From Octopus bimaculoides (lineage: Eukaryota): DNA of 37,372 nucleotides. A program made the translations under genes and the position numbers. Below are positions 34,285 to 37,372 of this stretch, piece by piece. The stretch is from contig NC_068983.1 of NCBI RefSeq assembly GCF_001194135.2, positions 126,685,153 through 126,722,524 of the forward strand, given 5' to 3'. Each line of letters starts with the position of its first letter. Within the stretch, counting starts at the first letter, position 1. The notes beneath the pieces were generated by a model that worked only from the letters and a program-made list of their open reading frames with translations, was not told the origin of the DNA and made no database searches.

Positions 34285-34620
34285 ATCACCACCGCAACCA
34301 ACGCCGCCGCACTCACCACCACAACCACAACCATCACCACCACAACCATCACAATCACTGCAGTCACCGGAGCCGCTTCAGCTTCAGCCGCCACAGCTTC
34401 CACTTCCGCTTCACCGCCTCTTTTACACTACCGTCGCCACTTCAAACGACGATCCCGACACTGCCGACGCCGTGGACGTCGGTACCGCTATCGCTGTTGC
34501 CATCACCATCACCACCACAACGACCAACGAAACAAGAAGAGCAGCACCAGAATTAGAAAGAACATCGACGAAAGTAGTAACAGCACTAGCAACGATAACA
34601 ACTGCTACAACAACTTACAG
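34285..34620. repeat. Degenerate C/A-rich triplet low-complexity tract
   Basis: cac/caa/ccg triplet periodicity. Confidence 0.75.
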
Positions 34621-34649
34621 GAATGCTGACGTCGAGAAAGAATACTCTC

Positions 34650-35406
34650 ATGAATTACTATAAAGAACAGCGATATCTTAGTCTAGTTCTACTATTTTGT
34701 CATTCGATTTGCTGTCTGAGACATAGAAAAGAACATGCGATGGCAAGGCTTCGATGCTGTCGACGATAGTTTAATTTTATGGAAATAATAACAAAATAAG
34801 ACAAAAGTTTTTTTTTTTGTTTCTGTTGGACCCTTTTATTTATTAGTTCAAATCACAAGAGTATATTTACCTTTCAGTCACTTAATAAGTATCACTCAGA
34901 CTTTAAGGAAACATAAGTGACTTAATCGAGTGTACCATGATCCTAAAACAAAAGATTTACCGTTAATTAGAAACGAATACAAATCTTTCTGTACAGCTTT
35001 GTAATTAATAAACATGTAACTCCGGAATTTGCTGAGTGCTTAGATCATTGTGAATTATAAATAAATAAATAAATTTGCATTTTAATAAATTTTGAGGATT
35101 TTGCTACTTTTACAATTTTTGTGGTAAAAATTGCACTTCATTTCCGGAGTCAATTGCTTCCTATCTCTCAATAGTTTAATAAAACGATCCTCTAAAGATC
35201 GCTTTAATTTTCTCTCTCCACAAATTCTTTCTTTCTTTTTCTTTTCTTATTCTTCTCTTTTCAAATTCTCTTTTATCAATATTATAACATTTTCTATCAC
35301 AATACATCCATTTGTATAATCCAATATTCAGTTATCGTCTTTCCCCAGTTTTTCTCCCACGTTTACATACAAAATATCGAATGATTGAAATGTTTTTGCT
35401 TATCGA
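34650..35406 (+). repeat. ~750-bp direct duplication, copy 2
   Basis: As copy 1; offset about 3070 in the core. Confidence 0.95.
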
Positions 35407-35671
35407 ATTTATTGTTTATTTTCTAATAGTGCAGCTAGCTATTCATCTCTTTCTAAGGCGAACGAATTTAGCAGAGCTGTTAGAACGTTACACTACCTTG
35501 CGATACAACCGCTTACTCGGTCGCCTCCCTTCTTTTCTGTGTGAATAAAAATATCAGGTAGTATTACTGGTATAGTATCAGACAAGACGCCTTGTCTTAT
35601 CGCTTGGGCACTTTTGCATGCTAATTAAACCGCTCGCAACGGCACAATAATAAGATACAGACATTCCAACA

Positions 35672-35975
35672 TAAGGCGCAGAGGTTGGAGCGTCGGAATC
35701 AGAATAATGACGTAGTGAGTGTGATTTCTGGACCGGATGTGTATTGTTTTCTTGAGCAAGACACTTAATTTCAGGTTGCTTCACTTTACCTTAGTGTAAA
35801 AATCAGTTGAGACGTCACTGGTGCGAAGCTGTATAGTTCTTTGCTTTTCCCTTGCATAACATCGCTGGCCTGGTAAGGGGAGGCTGGTATGCATGGATGA
35901 CAGCTGGTCTTCCATAAGCAAACTTGCTTGGTTTTATGCCTTGGAGGGGAAGTCCGTTCGTGCAATCCCATCGTC
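35672..35975 (+). mobile_element. tRNA-derived SINE (near full length, decayed)
   Basis: A-box-like ggcgcagaggttgg and a decayed B box, then the cttgagcaagacactt core and a body resembling an abundant cephalopod SINE (recalled). Confidence 0.7.
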
Positions 35976-37039
35976 ACTAATGACCGAAGACGTCTTTACT
36001 GTATAAAATAAAGTCGGAAAATAACTAGTGCATCAAAAGCTTTAATTTCTTCAAATGTGATCGTTTTAATATAATCATTGAAGATCATAATTCTGAAATG
36101 GATATCCATAAAATACGCCGGAAAAGCTTTTAGAGAGATGTCAAAAAAGAAGAAGGCAAACATCATCTCACCGTTGTTCTTCCCGTAAATCATAATGTAT
36201 GATACTTGAAGCATGCACATCTCTCATTGCTTTGGACAGCACTGGAAAAAGGAGAGAGTTGCATTCATGGCTACACAATGTTTTAAAAATATGCTTTTAG
36301 ACTGTGTGATATGACAGCATTAACTGGAAGTTGTCGAGGAGTTTTCCTATAACAAATTATCAAATCGGAAAATAAGTGTAGTCTATACAGTATATAAGTC
36401 ATCGATATAGGTGCGTGCGGCAAATGTGCGGAGAAATACTTACACTCTCAATCTATATACCAGTTATATGTGTTTTACAAGATTTTCACTTGTAGTAAAA
36501 TGCTTGTGTAACCGTGAAAAATGAAAATAATGGTAAGGGAAGACTTATTTTCGAGAGGGTTTCATGAAATAATTGAATACACAAACAATTGATATGCTCT
36601 CTAAACATTACAATGTCACCGAGTGAGGGAAGCAATTATCTTTTATGCTGTTCAACTAGAAACATGCTAGGTCATCGAGAATTTAGAACTTTTTTTCTTT
36701 TTCTTTTTTTTGTCCGACATACACTAAACGAGTAACACTTTCCTCTATTCTGAAATAGGTCGAGAGGTACATTTCCTTACAGAGTACCACAATACAAATG
36801 TATTACCAGGAACATAATACCATTTACCACGAATACACCTGAGATTTTTTTTTCAGTTGACTGTCCTTTTAGAATAATATATGAGCTAGTAAAGACTATA
36901 ACTGAGAATGGCTGAGTATCAAGTCTAGCTTCAGAATTAGACGCAATGATATGAAAGGTAGACAAAGAAAGTATACCTTTGGCGAATGAGGAAAATATCG
37001 GCTTCAAAGCTGAATGCCAGAAACATAATTTCAGCAATA

Positions 37040-37308
37040 AGTCCAAAAAGCAAAATACATCAAAAGAAGCTGATGGTGTGTGTTTGGTGGTCTGGCACAG
37101 GTGTGATCCATTATGATTTCATTAAACCTGGGTCATGAATTAGGGCCAAAGTATACTGCAGCCAGCTGGACCAAATGATACAGAAACTTACAAAAAAAAA
37201 CAAAAAAACAAAAAAAAACAGCCTATATTAGCCAACAGATCCACTCCTATTCTAGTGTAAGACAACGCCAGACAACACGTCGCAAAAATGACGTTGGCGA
37301 AACTACAG
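37040..37308 (+). mobile_element. Mariner transposase catalytic-domain fragment, interrupted by an A-rich tract
   Basis: IHQKKLMVCVWWSGTGVIHYDFIKPG...YCSQLDQMIQKL...QPILANRSTPILV*DNARQHVAKMTLAKLQ (DNARPH motif). Confidence 0.9.
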
Positions 37309-37372
37309 TGATGATCAGCCTCGGTTACAAATGAACAGCCATCATCATCATCATCAATATGTATGCATGTAT

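Noticed and set aside
34238-34663. 141-aa Pro/Gln/Thr-rich ORF and overlapping His-rich ORF
   Set aside because: They are explained by a degenerate C/A-rich triplet tract lacking stops. No domain is recognisable, and the end runs into the duplicated segment.
1-37372. CRISPR arrays, rRNA, intact tRNA, telomeric repeats, prokaryotic operons
   Set aside because: No repeat-spacer periodicity or RNA-gene signatures were seen; the sequence is repeat-rich eukaryotic DNA.

Overview
AT-rich eukaryotic genomic DNA, dense in microsatellites and transposon debris, with five N-gaps bordered by (TA)n. The SINE and repeat content looks like a cephalopod (Octopus-like) assembly; this is an inference from memory and was not searched. 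No intact host gene, RNA gene or CRISPR array is supported, and almost all long ORFs in the track are artefacts of N-runs or simple repeats. Recognisable content: (1) a Helitron-derived block with PIF1-helicase remnants; (2) three Penelope-like element (PLE) remnants: a GIY-YIG C-terminus with its 3' end, and two RT pieces; (3) four mariner transposase fragments; (4) a head-to-tail stack of three R4/Dong-type RLE LINE pieces associated with (TAA)n, plus a separate N-terminal piece; (5) a full-length decayed hAT-type transposon with long TIRs and an 8-bp TSD; (6) several tRNA-derived SINEs. The most interesting pattern: five repeats from four apparently different families share one layout, a hammerhead-ribozyme-like motif followed by a ~78-96 nt tail that ends at TA/(TA)n. 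In two of them the tail is also present as an inverted copy, so they look like MITEs. Also notable are a ~750-bp local duplication with a perfectly identical 197-nt core, and one candidate orphan exon containing HELLH.
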